A stretch of DNA of 64,000 bases, from contig OX597818.1 of the NCBI GenBank assembly GCA_951406725.2, positions 38,936,001 to 39,000,000 of the forward strand, in the 5' to 3' direction. The notes below the pieces were generated by a model. The model saw only the letters and a list, made by a program, of their open reading frames with translations. It was not told where the DNA came from and searched no databases. This DNA is from Octopus vulgaris (taxonomy: Eukaryota). This document shows, piece by piece, positions 39,640 to 52,790 of this stretch. A program made the translations under genes and the position numbers. How positions within the stretch are numbered: the stretch's first letter is position 1; every line of letters starts with the position of its first letter.

Positions 39640-41816
39640 TTTTCATTATGTAATTTCTTGGCAACAAGTTCATTGATGTTTGGGACAAGGTTCGGATCTT
39701 TTCGGTTTGAACGGCAGTTTTTAACATAATATCTAGGTAACTAAAAAATGTTAAACTTCGTATACTGGTAGAATGTGCTTATAAAACATCTTTTTCTCTT
39801 GGCTTTATTGAGAAAATTCTATAGTTCGTAAGATATTTGTTGTTTTTTTTCTTCAATTTCTGCAATTTCAACCAATCACTGACGTCTATTGAGGTAAAAA
39901 CATTCTGTGCCGTATGAATGTGTCCCTCGTTTAAGAAACAGATTGGGTTTATTTACATTTCTGAAGAAAAAAAGATACCCTTCCCTCCACCCCTAAACCT
40001 AACCCTAACCCTGAAACAGATTGAAATGCAATAGATCGATACTAGGGTCATAATTATGGGTGACAATTTCATATGACACCGCTAGAAAAAACTGCCGTTC
40101 AAACCGAAAAGATCCCAAGGTTCTGTGTTTTGAGACAGATGGATTGCAGGTATTCATCTGTGAGACGATTCTTATGTGACGTTTTATTCATCTTCATCAC
40201 AGAAAACAGCTGCTCGCATAGATATTTGCTTCCAAATAAAGACAGCGTTTGAGCTGCATGTAAACGGAGCTGAGGCATTGCTTCAGGTATGAAGTGAGGG
40301 AACTGTGCAGGCCCCACCAAGTCATACTTTGCTTTTAATGTCCCATTACACTGCAGTTCTATCAACTCCATTTGAATCTGTACAGGTGCAGTTTCCACAT
40401 TGGCGGCAGATGGGTTGTGAAGCAGCTCGAAATTATTTTCCTGTACTTCAAAGTCCCTAAAGAGTCGTGCGAATTCAGTTCGGAGTGCACTCAATTTATC
40501 AACAAAGTGTTGCTTTGGGAACACTGTGGCACTGACTTGGCTCAACATTACTTGGCAAGAGGGAAAGTGAGACAAGTTCAATTGGTACATTTGTGTCCCT
40601 CATAAGCACAAGTTCACTTGAAATACCTTCACTGCGTCATACATATTACAGATCATGTGATCCCATCCCTGGAGCTGGTTGTTTAAAACACTGAGATGCG
40701 AAGTTATGTCAACCAGGAACGTCAACTCGAATTTCCACTTTTCATCCCGCAGAACTTTGGATTCTTTTTCCTTTACTGTCCATGAACTGACATATCTCCT
40801 CAGCCAGCTCAAAAACTATGTCCAGAACCTTTCCCCGCCTGAGCCACCGCACCTCCGTAAGATAAGTCACGTCACCGAACTCTGAATGCATTTCTTGCAG
40901 GAAAGACTGAAATTGGCGTTGATTTAACCCTTTGGCTCGGATAAAGTTTACGGTTTGTGTTACAGTGCTTATTACATGTTCCTGATGTATGATGCAGTGA
41001 TATATTGTTAACTCACCAGTGCAGTTCTCTTCTTTCATCTTTAAACGTGTCCTACCCGTTAGTCCACTTTTTCTCACCGCATATCGCCAGTGCTCTATCT
41101 GTTGTAAGCCCAGCAAGTTTGTCCCAAGGCAATTTCATGTCAGTTACACCCTGACATTTTTTCAAAAAGATCCTTTCCTCTTGTTACCTCGTGCATCGAT
41201 TCAAGTCCAAAATTTCCTCCCTACCAAACAAATTGGAGTCCACTCCACGGATGAAGATAGCCAGCTGTGCTGTATCAGTTGTGTTAGTAGTGTCATCCAC
41301 AAGAGAATATGTAACAAAATCTTTTCCTTTTTCAATCAACTGTGTTTTCAAATCAGTGGCCATCTCACACACTCGATCAGTATTTGTCCTAATACTAGCA
41401 TTAGCAAACAGTTGCTTCATATCTAGAACAAAACGTCACATATTTTCATCACGCAGCTCTTCACAAACTCTTCTTCACTAAATGACCAGGCTGATTTGGT
41501 GTACCTGAGCACAGTATACAATAATTTCATTATTATCTGCTCTGCCACAATAAAACTTGCTTTAACAGCTGTGATTTTGCTTTGGTTAGAAAAAATGAGA
41601 TTCTTCTTCAACACGTCTACTTTTCGTTGCTCCGCTCAGCAGTGAAGTATTTAGACTTGCCCTGATGTTTTGTCTCATAGTGGCGTTTGAGATTATACTC
41701 TTTAGGTACAGCATCATTAGCACTACAAATAAGACAACAGGTTTGCCATCAATATACTCGGCTTCCTACCGGATTTGAAAGGCTCTGTTTTCAGCATCGA
41801 CTTATCTCTTGGCCAT
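39640..41816 (-). pseudogene. Disrupted GTF2IRD2/SPIN-like hAT transposase
   Basis: Motifs [51 protein letters not shown] and FGSKYLCEQLFSVMKMNKTSHKNRLTD. Multiple stops and frameshifts, and the C-terminus is split by a MITE. Confidence 0.9.
39694..40115. mobile_element. Second copy of the GGATC-TIR telomere-repeat MITE, nested in the hAT transposase
   Basis: Same TIRs as 2412-2861. Perfect TSD CAAGGTTC at 39686-39693 and 40116-40123. Confidence 0.93.
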
Positions 41817-43682
41817 TGATATAGCTAGCTACTACTACTGAATGACATTACATGAAAATGATCACCCGAAAGAGAGGTAAGGCGGCTGTTGCGGTGCATT
41901 ACGGGATTAGTAGATTTTGCGCTATCAGCGCTTCACAACACGCGATTGGGGAATCGAATGAGGCATTTCCCAGCATGCTTTGTTGCAGTTACAATTAAGA
42001 CATGTGACTGTTATCATGCCGTTTTAATGTGTTTTATTTTTATACAATCAGGGTGTAATAGTTACAGTGGTGTTGTTTCTAGTCGTGTATTAAATTATTG
42101 CTACTTTTGGTGACACCCTTAGTAAGAGAGGTAGTGCAGTCATTACTATATATAATGTAATGGCCTGCTTTAGCCACACACTATGTATATATAGTTGTAA
42201 CAAGAAGGCATGGGTGTTGCTGAGGGTAGCAAAGTACTCAATTTGCTGATGCCACCATTTGGACCAATTTCATGCTGATATCAAAATGGTTCCGCGGGCT
42301 GAATGAAATTGCTGCGCGGGCCGGGAGTTTGACATGTCTGATTTAGATACTTTGTTTTTCTTGATGTTAAACAGTTTCTATAGCAGTTGCATAAATTCCA
42401 AGAATTAAGATATTGTCGAACCATCCCTAAATGTTATGTATATGTGAGACAATAACGAAGTAAAATTTGTGTTTCCTAGGGAAAAGAGTTATATTTTTGA
42501 CGTTGCCTTTCAATTTGTGACAATCGCCCTTCAATGTTAATATTAAACTTTTGATCTGCATATCTATCAAAGTAAAATAGCAACGAGTTAATGCTTTCTT
42601 TTCATGAAACAAATATTAGCTCTGAAAATAAATGCCTTTTTGAACTTCTGCGTGTAGTTCTGCATGGCATTTGGCTATACTTCAAACGCAACAAAAAATG
42701 CAATAGGTTTAAAAGGAGGCACAATGCATTCAGGTGAATGTAAAGTACTCACAATTTCTAAAGGACAATGTCTGTGATAGTAACAGTAAAGTGATAGGCG
42801 CGACATGGAAATATTAATACTTTTGTGTCAAAATATGAAACCGATATTAATACTTTACTATTTGCTCATTATACTTATAATAGTAACATACACTATACGT
42901 ACTTTTAGGAGCTATGAATCTAAAAGAAAATAAAAAATTAGATTTTTAAAGGTAACAGTAATTATGAAGCGAAAGCCGGAAAGGAATGTTTGCATTTGGA
43001 GAAAAATGTTAGTGGGTTGTTGCTTAAAATCCAGTTAGCGGGCTAAAAAAAATGCTTTATTTTAGCATTGGCAAACCCATTTTTTACTTCAGAGAGATAT
43101 TATCACTTTCCCATCTGCATTTCACAGGGTATTTCTACTGGTATTAGATCATTGTAATGGTCGCAGCCAAAACATCTTTGATCAAAGATCTGATGGATCA
43201 AGGCTGATTGGGCCTAAACAACGACACCAGCTACTGTCAAGCTAACAGAGAAACTTCTATATGGGCGTTCGATCTGTTATAGAAAGCAACTAAATCTCCC
43301 TCAAATCAATTTGCCGTCCTGGCAAAGAAACGGAAATATTGGATAGCGTAACCCACCTGTAAAACGACAGGTTAGTTGAAAAGCTTTCGATTGTAGGTCT
43401 ACTCAATCGGAGTCGATCATTATCGCAACAATCCAATGAGAGGATTGCTTGATCTGCTAGAAACAGCACCACAATTAACACTTCGATGGCTGTATGTTAT
43501 CCTAACCATACTCGATAGATTAACTCTCTATCGTCTCTTCTTGTTAATCTATTTTGCTTATTATATCACACAACATTGTACCATTTATTTTAGACTCAAT
43601 ATTATTTGACTCACATTTTATAATTTCGACCAGTACTTCACCGGTGTGCTAATGATTCTGCCAGCTCACCACCTTAAAAATA

Positions 43683-43714
<32 letters not shown>

Positions 43715-43717
<3 letters not shown>

Positions 43718-44185
43718 AAAAAGTAGAAGAAGAAGAAAATACTTGTAGACAAATAGATGTGAGTGTTCCTACTTCTAAAAATATATTTGTAAGTGGATTT
43801 GGCAAACTTAGTTGATATAAGGACTTGGAAATTGAAATACAAAAAATGTGGTATCTTAAAGCAAAGACTGTTCCTGTTATTGTTGGTGCACAAAGTATGA
43901 TAAAAAGGGATGTCAGAAACATCTAGACAACATCCCAGGAGAACCATGTCTCAAGAAATCCAAAAGATTGTGTTAACAAGTACTGCTGATATCCTTGGAA
44001 AATCGTTATCAATTTAAATGCTTATGTTGTATTATATGTAAGTATTTCATTACTGTCCTACCTATTTTCTTTTCCCAAGCTTTCAGTTATATTTCAATAT
44101 TTCTTAACCTTAACTTGCCCTAGGGCACTGAATATGTCTCAGTAAGTGATTTCAACAAACATGCAAATAAAAAGTAAATACAACA
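43715..44185 (+). mobile_element. Diverged R4/Dong-like LINE 3' end after (TAA)n
   Basis: Remnants DVSVPT, YKDLEIEIQKMWYLKAKTVPVIVGA and EIQKIVLTSTA.IL. Confidence 0.8.
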
Positions 44186-44278
44186 ATAATAATATCAATA
44201 CTTCAATTAACTGTAATCTAAAGTTTTTCTTTTTATATTTGTAGCTTTGGAACCATTCAGCCCTTCAGTGGCATCATA

Positions 44279-44360
44279 ATGGTAGGCAATTTAATGCCTT
44301 GGTCACTTGCTTGGATCTTCCTTCTTTTGTTATTTAGCAAAGGCAGTAATGCAGGTATTT
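44279..44360 (+). CDS. PCDH15: PCDH15/Cad99C-like cadherin, first coding exon (signal peptide)
   Basis: Polypyrimidine tract and AG acceptor at 44243-44244. ATG at 44279 gives MVGNLMPWSLAWIFLLLLFSKGSNAGI. GTAAGT donor at 44361, phase 1. Confidence 0.75.
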
Positions 44361-44519
44361 GTAAGTATTCTTTACTTTTACTGACAACCCTTATATAAAA
44401 AAAGAAAAGTTCTGTTAATATTTACTAAATATACTTGTATAGCAAGCAAGATAAAATAGATAAATAGATAGAGAGAGAGATTTACTAAAGCAACTAAAAA
44501 ATTTCACTTTATCTTTCAG

Positions 44520-44591
44520 GTGATAATACAAATGGACTGAGTAGTTTCACAATTAAAACACATGAAACAATTGCCAGTGTAACACAACAAG
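44520..44591 (+). CDS. PCDH15: Cadherin coding exon 2 (start of EC1)
   Basis: TTTCAG acceptor and GTATGG donor, phase 1-1. Reads CDNTNGLSSFTIKTHETIASVTQQ, with an N-terminal Cys as in PCDH15-type EC1. Confidence 0.72.
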
Positions 44592-44703
44592 GTATGGATA
44601 TCCGTTACTTCATTCATTTGGCAAGATATTAAATAATGGTTTTATATTTCATTCAGATTAGAGAGTAAAAGTATGTAAATATGTGTGTGTGTGTGTGCAT
44701 ATA

Positions 44704-44744
<41 letters not shown>

Positions 44745-44818
44745 TAATAATAATAATGATAATAATAATAATGATAATAATAATAATGATAATAATAATA
44801 ATGATAATAATAATAATG

Positions 44819-44865
<47 letters not shown>

Positions 44866-44866
<1 letters not shown>

Positions 44867-45521
44867 GGAGATGGACAAGAAACAATAAATCATATTATCT
44901 CTGGCTGCCCAGTCCTGGCAACGAAGGAATATATTCACAGACACGACAGAGTTGGGACCTACATACACTGGAAGCTATGCCAAGATTATGGAATAACAAC
45001 AGAAAAAAGATGGTATAGGCACACACCAGAAAAGGTCACAGAAAATGAGAAAGCAACCATATTCTGGGATATGCCAATACACACAGATAGAGAAATTAAG
45101 ACCAACAGACCAGATATAGTTGTCAGAGATCATGAAGGAAAAAATGTTTTCTAATTGATGTATCAATACCAGCAGATGACAATGTGTCTCTAAAAGAAAT
45201 GGAGAAACTTTCAAAATACAAAGACCTGGAAATAGAGGTAACAAGAATGTGGAATCTAAAAACAGAAATAATTCCTATCATAGTAGGTGCATTAGGCATG
45301 ATAAAAAAATATTCAGACAAATACATAACAAAAACACCAGGACTTACAAACACATATAACATACAGAAAATTGCACTACTAGGCACTGCACACATCCTAC
45401 GCAGAACACTTTCAATACAGTAACCATCAGTGCATCACAACAAATCCCAGTACATACCCAAGGCACACAGAGCTGCACTTGGTAGTGAAGTGAAAGCCCG
45501 TTATAAAAATAAAACTACTGA
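44866..45521 (+). mobile_element. R4/Dong-like non-LTR retrotransposon 3' fragment in (TAA)n, intronic
   Basis: ETINHIISGCP..RHDRV (CCHC), NRPDIVV..LIDVSIP..KLSKYKDL (RLE) and QKIALLGTAHILRR. One frameshift at ~45140. (AAT)n on both sides. Confidence 0.92.
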
Positions 45522-45761
45522 TTGATAATAATAATATGAGGGAATATTATTCCAAACTTACAGGGAAAATTCAATTTAGAAATACTAAATCAAATTTCAC
45601 AAAATATAATATATATATATAAATTAGAAAATAAAACACCTTTTATCAATTCAATAATGAAAAGTTAAATTATACCATCTAGAAAATTACATATTATAGA
45701 AAGATTAAATATAAGATAAAGCATATAACTATGATTAAGTAATGTGCAAAATGATAAATAA

Positions 45762-45800
<39 letters not shown>

Positions 45801-45804
<4 letters not shown>

Positions 45805-45892
45805 ATTACAAAATTGGGATTTTACCAATAGAACTGCAACTCCTATTTCAGGATAACCTTATTGTATGGAATACACATAGAAAGTTATATCC

Positions 45893-45936
<44 letters not shown>

Positions 45937-46332
45937 TAATAATAATAAAATAATACAAGTATTTAAAAAAAACCTACTATAAAATACAATAAAGTTATTT
46001 GAAAAAATATATATAACTTACCTGTTATTAGTCTGTGGGAAAAAAAATATTTTTAATTAATGCAGATTTAAAGTTGTTTTTAAAGTAATCTTTATCTTAT
46101 AAATTCCTGGTATTATAATTATTGTCATCATGGAAGTAGGCCTTCTTTCCCAACAGACTAATAACAGGTAAATTATTTGTTCAAATAATTTTATTGTATT
46201 TTATAGTAGGTTTTTTAAATGCTTTTATTATTTTATTATTATTATTATATTGGATATAACTTTCCATACAATAAGGTTATCCTGAAATAAGAGTTGTGAT
46301 TCTATTGGTAAAATCCCAAATTTGTAATAATA
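45801..46332. repeat. Long inverted repeat / foldback element
   Basis: 45801-46045 is the imperfect reverse complement of 46146-46332, with a ~100-bp spacer. Both ends lie in TA. Confidence 0.85.
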
Positions 46333-47777
46333 TATAAATGATACTGTTTACATTGCACTAGTAAAGTGTAAAATAGTAAATGTACTGATAACCTGGAATA
46401 CCTCGTACTTATTATTCCCTAAGATTTTAAATATATATCAACAAAACTGAGTTCTAGAAGCGCTGTGTTCCACCTACACTTAACAAGAAAACTTCTCATA
46501 CACTCTATCACAACAAACCAAACTATGTCTCTACATCTCTTCCCCACATTTCTGCTTCATGTACTTTGATTACCTCTCACTCCCCAATCCTGTCCTCTTG
46601 GCCCTGTACCACTGTATCATTGCTCTGCCTACCCCCAACCTGTGTGTTCTACCCACATACCATGTCTCACTCTACCATCTATCTGCTAGCCCTCAATCTG
46701 TGTGTTCCACTGATATGTAACTCCTTTATATATTATGCCTGTCCTCGCATCCCTGTTCCTTTGTATCATTGCTATCCCCCCAACTCCATGCAAACCAAGG
46801 TCTATTGCCACTTACTCTCACTCTTCAATCACACTCATATCCTGTCACTTATATCATGGCATTTGAAATTCAAGGGTATGCCCTGGCACTTGCCACCATC
46901 TATATCTCTCTCTTCCTTTACTCAACCATCCCATTTATATTCAGGTCCCTGTTCCTTGTGAGTATGCCCAGCATTTTTCCACCATCTCCATCCTGCAGTC
47001 TCCCATTCTCTCTCTCTCTCTCCCTCTCTCTTTCTCTCTCTTTCTCCTGTGGTAGTACACCTGTTTCTCTCTTCATTCCTGATCCTTCTCTCTCCGGCTG
47101 GGTAACCTTGTACTTCCTCTACAGCAAGACACCTGTATCTATTTCACTATAACCTTTTCGCTATCACTTCCTCCAGTGCCGACTCCCCTCTTAAAAGTAT
47201 TTGTCTTGCAAGTACTTGGTGGCTCTGTCAGTGCAGGTGCCATTTAAAAGCACCCAGACCACACTGTAAAGTGGTTGGTGTTCAGAAGGGCATATAGCTG
47301 TAAAAACCTTGCCAAAATTGACCTTGCTGGTGCTTGTTCCATGTAAAAAGCACTCAGTCTGTTCTGCTGAGTGGGTGGTGTTAGTAAGGGTATCCAGTTA
47401 TAAAAATCCTGCCAAAAGTCACAGAAGTCTGGTGCAGGCTTTGGCCTAGCCAGCTCTTGTGAAACTGATCCACCCATGCTAAGCGATGATGATGATATAT
47501 ACATGTGTGTGTGTGAGGGTGTACAGCCTAGTGGTGAAGGTGTTGCCCTCATGATCACGAGATCATACTTTCACTTTCTATACTGGGAGGTGCATTGTAG
47601 TTCGTGAGTAGAAAACTTTATCTTAAGTTGTTCTGTGATCACTTCAATACCTGATGCTTGGCACACAGTGCAACTGTTCAGACATTGATTCGATGGAGAG
47701 AGCGAGCCAATGGTCAGCACAAACATTTGATCACTATAAACAAATCATACGTTATCTTCAACTGAGAGTCCATCATT

Positions 47778-47812
<35 letters not shown>

Positions 47813-47877
47813 TTGTGTGTATATGTGTGTGTATGTGTGTATATGTGTGTGTGTATGTGTGTGTGTGTATGTGTGTG

Positions 47878-47926
<49 letters not shown>

Positions 47927-48329
47927 TAGTGAGCTGGTAGAATCTTTATCATGTCAGGCAAAATGCTTAGGATTTCTTTCAGGTCTTTATGTCATCATCA
48001 TCAACACATTGACATTTAACATCTGTCCTCCATGCTGGTGATGGGTTGGCTGGTTTGACCAAAGGCTGCTTCCGGTTCCATAGTTTGTTTTTGCTTGGTT
48101 TCTGTGGCTGGATGCCCTTCCAAATGCCAACCACTTAACAGTGTGTAGTGGGTGCTTTTCTTTTTTCATGGCACCAGTTCCCACACCAATACTTTTTTAT
48201 GTGGCACCTTGTTGTTGTGGGTTGGTCATCCTGAGCCCAGCGATACACTACTTATTTTGGTCCACTGTAATCCCCTCTGTCATCTCCACTAAGAGAGTTA
48301 TTCAAGACAGCCTCCTGGGCATTTGAGAG

Positions 48330-48810
48330 AATCTAAGTCTCATGTGCTCTTAGTGCTTTTTGTTTCTGCTAAAGATTCTGTGTTTAAAGCAAAGTCATCA
48401 GCGTATAGCAGTTCCCATAGGCACCCAGTCTTGAATTCCTCTGTTATAGTCTGGAGGACTATAATGAATAAGTGCAGGCTAAGAACTGAACCCTGGTGAA
48501 CCCCTACCTGAACACTGAATTCATCACTGTATTTATGGCCGACTCTTACCTTACTCACTGCACCACTGTACATGGCTTGGACAGCTCTAACAAGCCACTC
48601 TTCTATGCCTAACTTCCTTAGAGACCACCATATAACAGAGTGGGGAACTCTGTTGAAAGCTTTCTCCAGTTAAACGAAAGCCAAGTACAATGTCTTCCTT
48701 TTGGCCAAGTACTTTTCCTGCAGGTGTCTCACTAGGAAAATGGCATCTATAGTACTCTTCCCAGGCACAAAACCAAACTGCATCTCATCTAGTTTAATTC
48801 TATTTCTATG
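48330..48810 (-). mobile_element. RTE-clade reverse transcriptase fragment
   Basis: Reads QFGFVPGKSTIDAIF..LEKAFNRV..VGVHQGSVLS..LLYADD, with an in-frame stop. Confidence 0.9.
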
Positions 48811-49036
48811 TATTCATTCTATGTAAAGCATTATTCTCTCTTACTTTTATCATTGAATTCATTTAGTTTTGGACTGGATTGGAGCATGAAGATATAACCT
48901 CACATTTTTCATACTTAATACTTCATTATCTATGATTATCTGTTACAAACTTATGACATTTAGACCAAGTCAATTAATTAACTTATTTCTTGTTGTTATG
49001 TATGTGTGTGTGCATGTGTGTATACATATATATATA

Positions 49037-49270
49037 TCATCATCATCATCATCATCATCGTTGTTTAACGTCCACTTTCCATGTTGGCATGGGTTGGACG
49101 GTTTGACAGGGCTGGCAAACCAGAAGGCTGCACCAAGCTCCAATCTGATCTGGCAAAGTTTCTACAGCTGGATGCCCTTCCTAATACCAACCACTCTGAG
49201 AGTGTAGTGGGTGCTTTTTACATGCCACTAGCATAGGGGCCAATCAGGCAGTACTGTCATTGGCCACGAC
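49037..49270 (-). mobile_element. RTE-LINE 3' UTR fragment with (GAT)n tail
   Basis: AGGAAGGGCATCCAGCTGTAGAAAC..GGACGTTAAACGATGATGATG is shared with 47190-47495, 47990-48180, 51390-51810 and 58790-59275. Confidence 0.75.
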
Positions 49271-49908
49271 AATATATATATGGAGAGGTGGGGAGATAGA
49301 TAGGTACATAGATAAATAGATGTGCTTCTTTTAATTAGATACTGATTTGGTGATCCTTCTCTTACCACTTAAATTTAAAGACTTTTCTCTGTTAGATCTA
49401 AAATTTACTATTCTGGCTTAGTGGTCCTGAAGCTTTGACCTTCATAATGAAATAAAAAAATCCTTCTCTTGTTGGAAATTTGATAATTGTTTACTTCTTT
49501 TGGTTGAAGTCATTAAATTTTAAATAGAGACAATGCATTATTTAATTACTAAAATAAAATAAATTAAAACGATGTATCTGAATGAAAGATTGAAGTTTGC
49601 TCACAAGTTTTAATGAAAATCGGTGATGAAGAAAATAAAGGAATAAATCCATAAACCGATAATTATCAAATTGAAAAATTAAAATTATTGCATGTCCATA
49701 GTAGTTAAAGTGTAACAAAAAAGAAAATAAAAGTTAATTTGCAAAGTCATGTTTTGAATTCTTTTTAAATCAAAATGTTTTGGGTGTTCCATTTTTTCAA
49801 GAAGTATATCTTATAAAATATTATGGAAATAAATTAATGACATTCAAAAATGGAAATCAAAGAAAGAATGAATTGCTATGTATTTTATAAATATTTTGTA
49901 TTTTGCAG

Positions 49909-50078
49909 AGTTACAATCCAACCTTAATTATCGAGCAGAATTGACTTTGGATCCTGTAAATGTAGCATATACTACAACATTGGTCCCTGATGACAATTTT
50001 GATCCAAACAATTATCTGGAAATTATAAAGATAAATGGGAAAATATATGTTCGGTTAACTAGAGCTATGGATCGAGAT
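49909..50078 (+). CDS. PCDH15: Cadherin coding exon 3 (EC1, ending at the DRD motif)
   Basis: TTTTGCAG acceptor and GTAAGT donor, phase 1-0. Reads ELQSNLNYRAELTLDP..NYLEIIKINGKIYVRLTRAMDRD (cadherin LDRE/D motif). Confidence 0.88.
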
Positions 50079-50559
50079 GTAAGTATTTTTTATTTTTATT
50101 TTGAAAATATATCATTCTGGGTCTCCTCCATATGAATTATATCATTTCTAATTGAGATATTTTGCTGAAAGATTTAAATAAATCTGTTAAACGCAAACAT
50201 CTAATTTTTGAATCCTACAGTCTCTTGATATACATGTATTTTTCTTTAGGATTTATTTAAGGGGGTCGATAAATTAAGTACCAGATGCGTACTGGGGTTG
50301 GTCTAATCAACTAGCCCTCTCCCCCAAGATTTTGGGTCTTGTGCCTAGAGTAGAAAAGAATATTTAGGTTATTTATTTTATTGCATGAAACCCCAGGATG
50401 AAAATAACAATCAAAAACATGGTTGGCCAAGTATGCCACAGATTGGTCCTTGTAGTTAATTGTCCAGCATGTCAAAATCAAATTTTTTGTGTAATTAGTG
50501 GTAAAATGGAGAAGGGTAAAGGTGACATGGGAAGGTTGAGCAAAAGAGAATGAGAGACA

Positions 50560-50593
<34 letters not shown>

Positions 50594-51319
50594 TGGAGAG
50601 AGGGATGGAGAGATGGATAAAGAGAGAGAGAGAGAGAGGGAGAGATTGAGGTGAGAGGTGGGGAAGATTTTTAAAAACATGCTTGGTTGTGTATACTTAG
50701 ATAACTTGATATGTTTCAGCCTAAGATGGGCCCAGGCCATTTCTAACTTAATAGCACCACCTGATAGATCTAAGGCATTTTACAGTCAAGTTTTGTGGTA
50801 TCATGACCCAGTCATGTAGGGAGTTGTTAACTGAGCTGTCTCCAGGTTTATCTGGTATCCTTTGAAGAAATTTGTCCAGGCACCATTTAAAGGTGATGGC
50901 TCCAGCCTTGGATGCATTCTGAATTTGAGGTTAAGTTCATTTGAATACTATATATTTTCCACATTGTGTAAATGATGTAGTGCTCATGGTGTCATTGGAG
51001 AAAATGAAGTTTCAATGTTTTAAGATGGTCCCAGTTATCAAGGTCAGTCATGCCTTTTATTTTATTAGTGACTGTTCTCTGGGATGACTCAATTCTAGTA
51101 ATGTTTAGTACTTGAAATATAACAAAAGTCAGTCATTACTGTTACAATGGAACTGACAAAGTGGCTAAATACATTTTTTGGGTCATGAGTAGAAGGAGGA
51201 AAAGGTTTGTTTTTATAGTTCAGGAAGTCTCTTGGGTAAACATATTCTTCAGAATAATGCTTCTCTCCATTAAACAGTTGTTGGATCAAGATCTGCACTT
51301 TCCTAGTAATCTCTGTTAA

Positions 51320-51940
51320 CCCTTTAGCATTCAGATTATCCTGTCAAATGTAATGCTTATATATTCCCTGTGCTTGAGAAGACTCGGCAAGCTCAAGTGT
51401 GACCATAACCTTGTGGCCTCTGCCAGGGGTGTAACCAGATCACTTATGCATACCTTTCCTTTGGACACAAAACTCTGCTTGTGAAAACCTGTTGAGGCAA
51501 GTGAAATTGAAAAAAAACATTCAAGCGAGTTCATTGCCAGTGCCGCTGGACTGGCTCATGTGCAGGTGGCACATAAAAAGTACCATTTGAGCATGGCCGT
51601 TGCCATTACCACCTGACTGGCCCTTGTGCCGGTGGCACATAAAAGCACCCACTACACTCTCGGAGTGGTTGGCGTTAGGAAGGGCATCCAGCTGTAGAAA
51701 CTCTGCCAGATCAGATTGGAGTCTGGTGCAGCCATCTGGTTAACCAGACTGCAGTCAAATCGTCCAACTCATGCTAGCATGGAAAGTGGACGTTAAACGA
51801 TGATGATGATGTTTTGAGATTTTGATGATTATTTTTAGAACGACATTCTAGGATAGTTGTGAAATCTCAGATCTGTCTGGTTTGAATATAAAGAAGGAAG
51901 AATATTTGGGCCAGATATGGCTGGTTTAAATGCTAGGGTT
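51320..51940. mobile_element. Probable piggyBac-type MITE interrupted by an RTE 3' UTR
   Basis: TTAA-CCCTTTAGCATT at the left end and degenerate AATGCTAGGGTT-TTAA at the right end. Confidence 0.45.
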
Positions 51941-52181
51941 TTAATGTTAGACTGTACAGAATTTTCTTTCAATAGCCACATGTATCTCACCAATATCTTA
52001 CCTGTAATTGTTAAGTTAGATCTTGGAAACACCTCTTACGTTCACATATCTTTGAACTCATATCAACAAGTCCTTTGGTTCTATCGCTGTCTCATACACA
52101 GTGACTTTTGTATTACATCGATCATTTACATAGCAAGTGGTGATACCTCTGCATTAGTTTCTTGCATCTGTGTTTGATTTA

Positions 52182-52281
52182 NNNNNNNNNNNNNNNNNNN
52201 NNNNNNNNNNNNNNNNNNNNNNNNNNNNNNNNNNNNNNNNNNNNNNNNNNNNNNNNNNNNNNNNNNNNNNNNNNNNNNNNN
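52182..52281. other. Assembly gap (100 N)
   Basis: Run of exactly 100 Ns, which is usually a placeholder of unknown size. Confidence 0.99.
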
Positions 52282-52790
52282 ATATATCTTATTATAAAAG
52301 GCAGATTTTTATCTGCCTCCCTTTGGGAGTTATACAAATCTACAATATAGTATTTCTTCAATTACAATTTACCTTGCATTTTTAAGAGTACAATGCATCG
52401 CGTCATGCCAGGTCCAGTTTTTAAAATTTAAACTCCAGTTAAGCAAAATTTTCAGAAAACTCACATTCTGGTGTGTGTGTCAAATGCTTTTCTTAGTCTG
52501 GTTTACAGCACACGCAAACGCACACACACAGTGGGCAACGAATAAAATGAAAGTAATTGACTTACTGTAGTGAGTGATTCTTTCACTCTGCCTCCCACTT
52601 CCTCTTTCCACACAGACACGCAAATATATAAATAAAATTGTAAGCTAACGTGCGTGTGTGTGAGTGGGTGTGTGTGGGTGTGCGTGTGTGTGTGTGTGAG
52701 GGTGCGTGTGTGTGTGTGTGTGCGTGTGCGTGAGTGTGTGACAGGAAAGTTTTTTACGACGAATATAACACCTATATCCAAGTAGCAGAA

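Larger units (their letters stand above)
39334..42340 (-). mobile_element. hAT (SPIN/Charlie-Buster group) DNA transposon
   Basis: TIRs CAGGAGTGTCAAACTC and CAGACATGTCAAACTC (13/16 match). 8-bp TSD ATGTAGAT/ATTTAGAT, close to the NTCTAGAN preference of this group. Contains a transposase remnant. Confidence 0.9.

Noticed and set aside
42053-42202. TG...CA segment inside the hAT element as a solo LTR
   Set aside because: No TSD and no second copy.
44355-44360. Alternative donor GCAG|GTATTT for cadherin exon 1
   Set aside because: Same phase but weaker than GTAAGT at 44361, and it would remove the N-terminal Cys.
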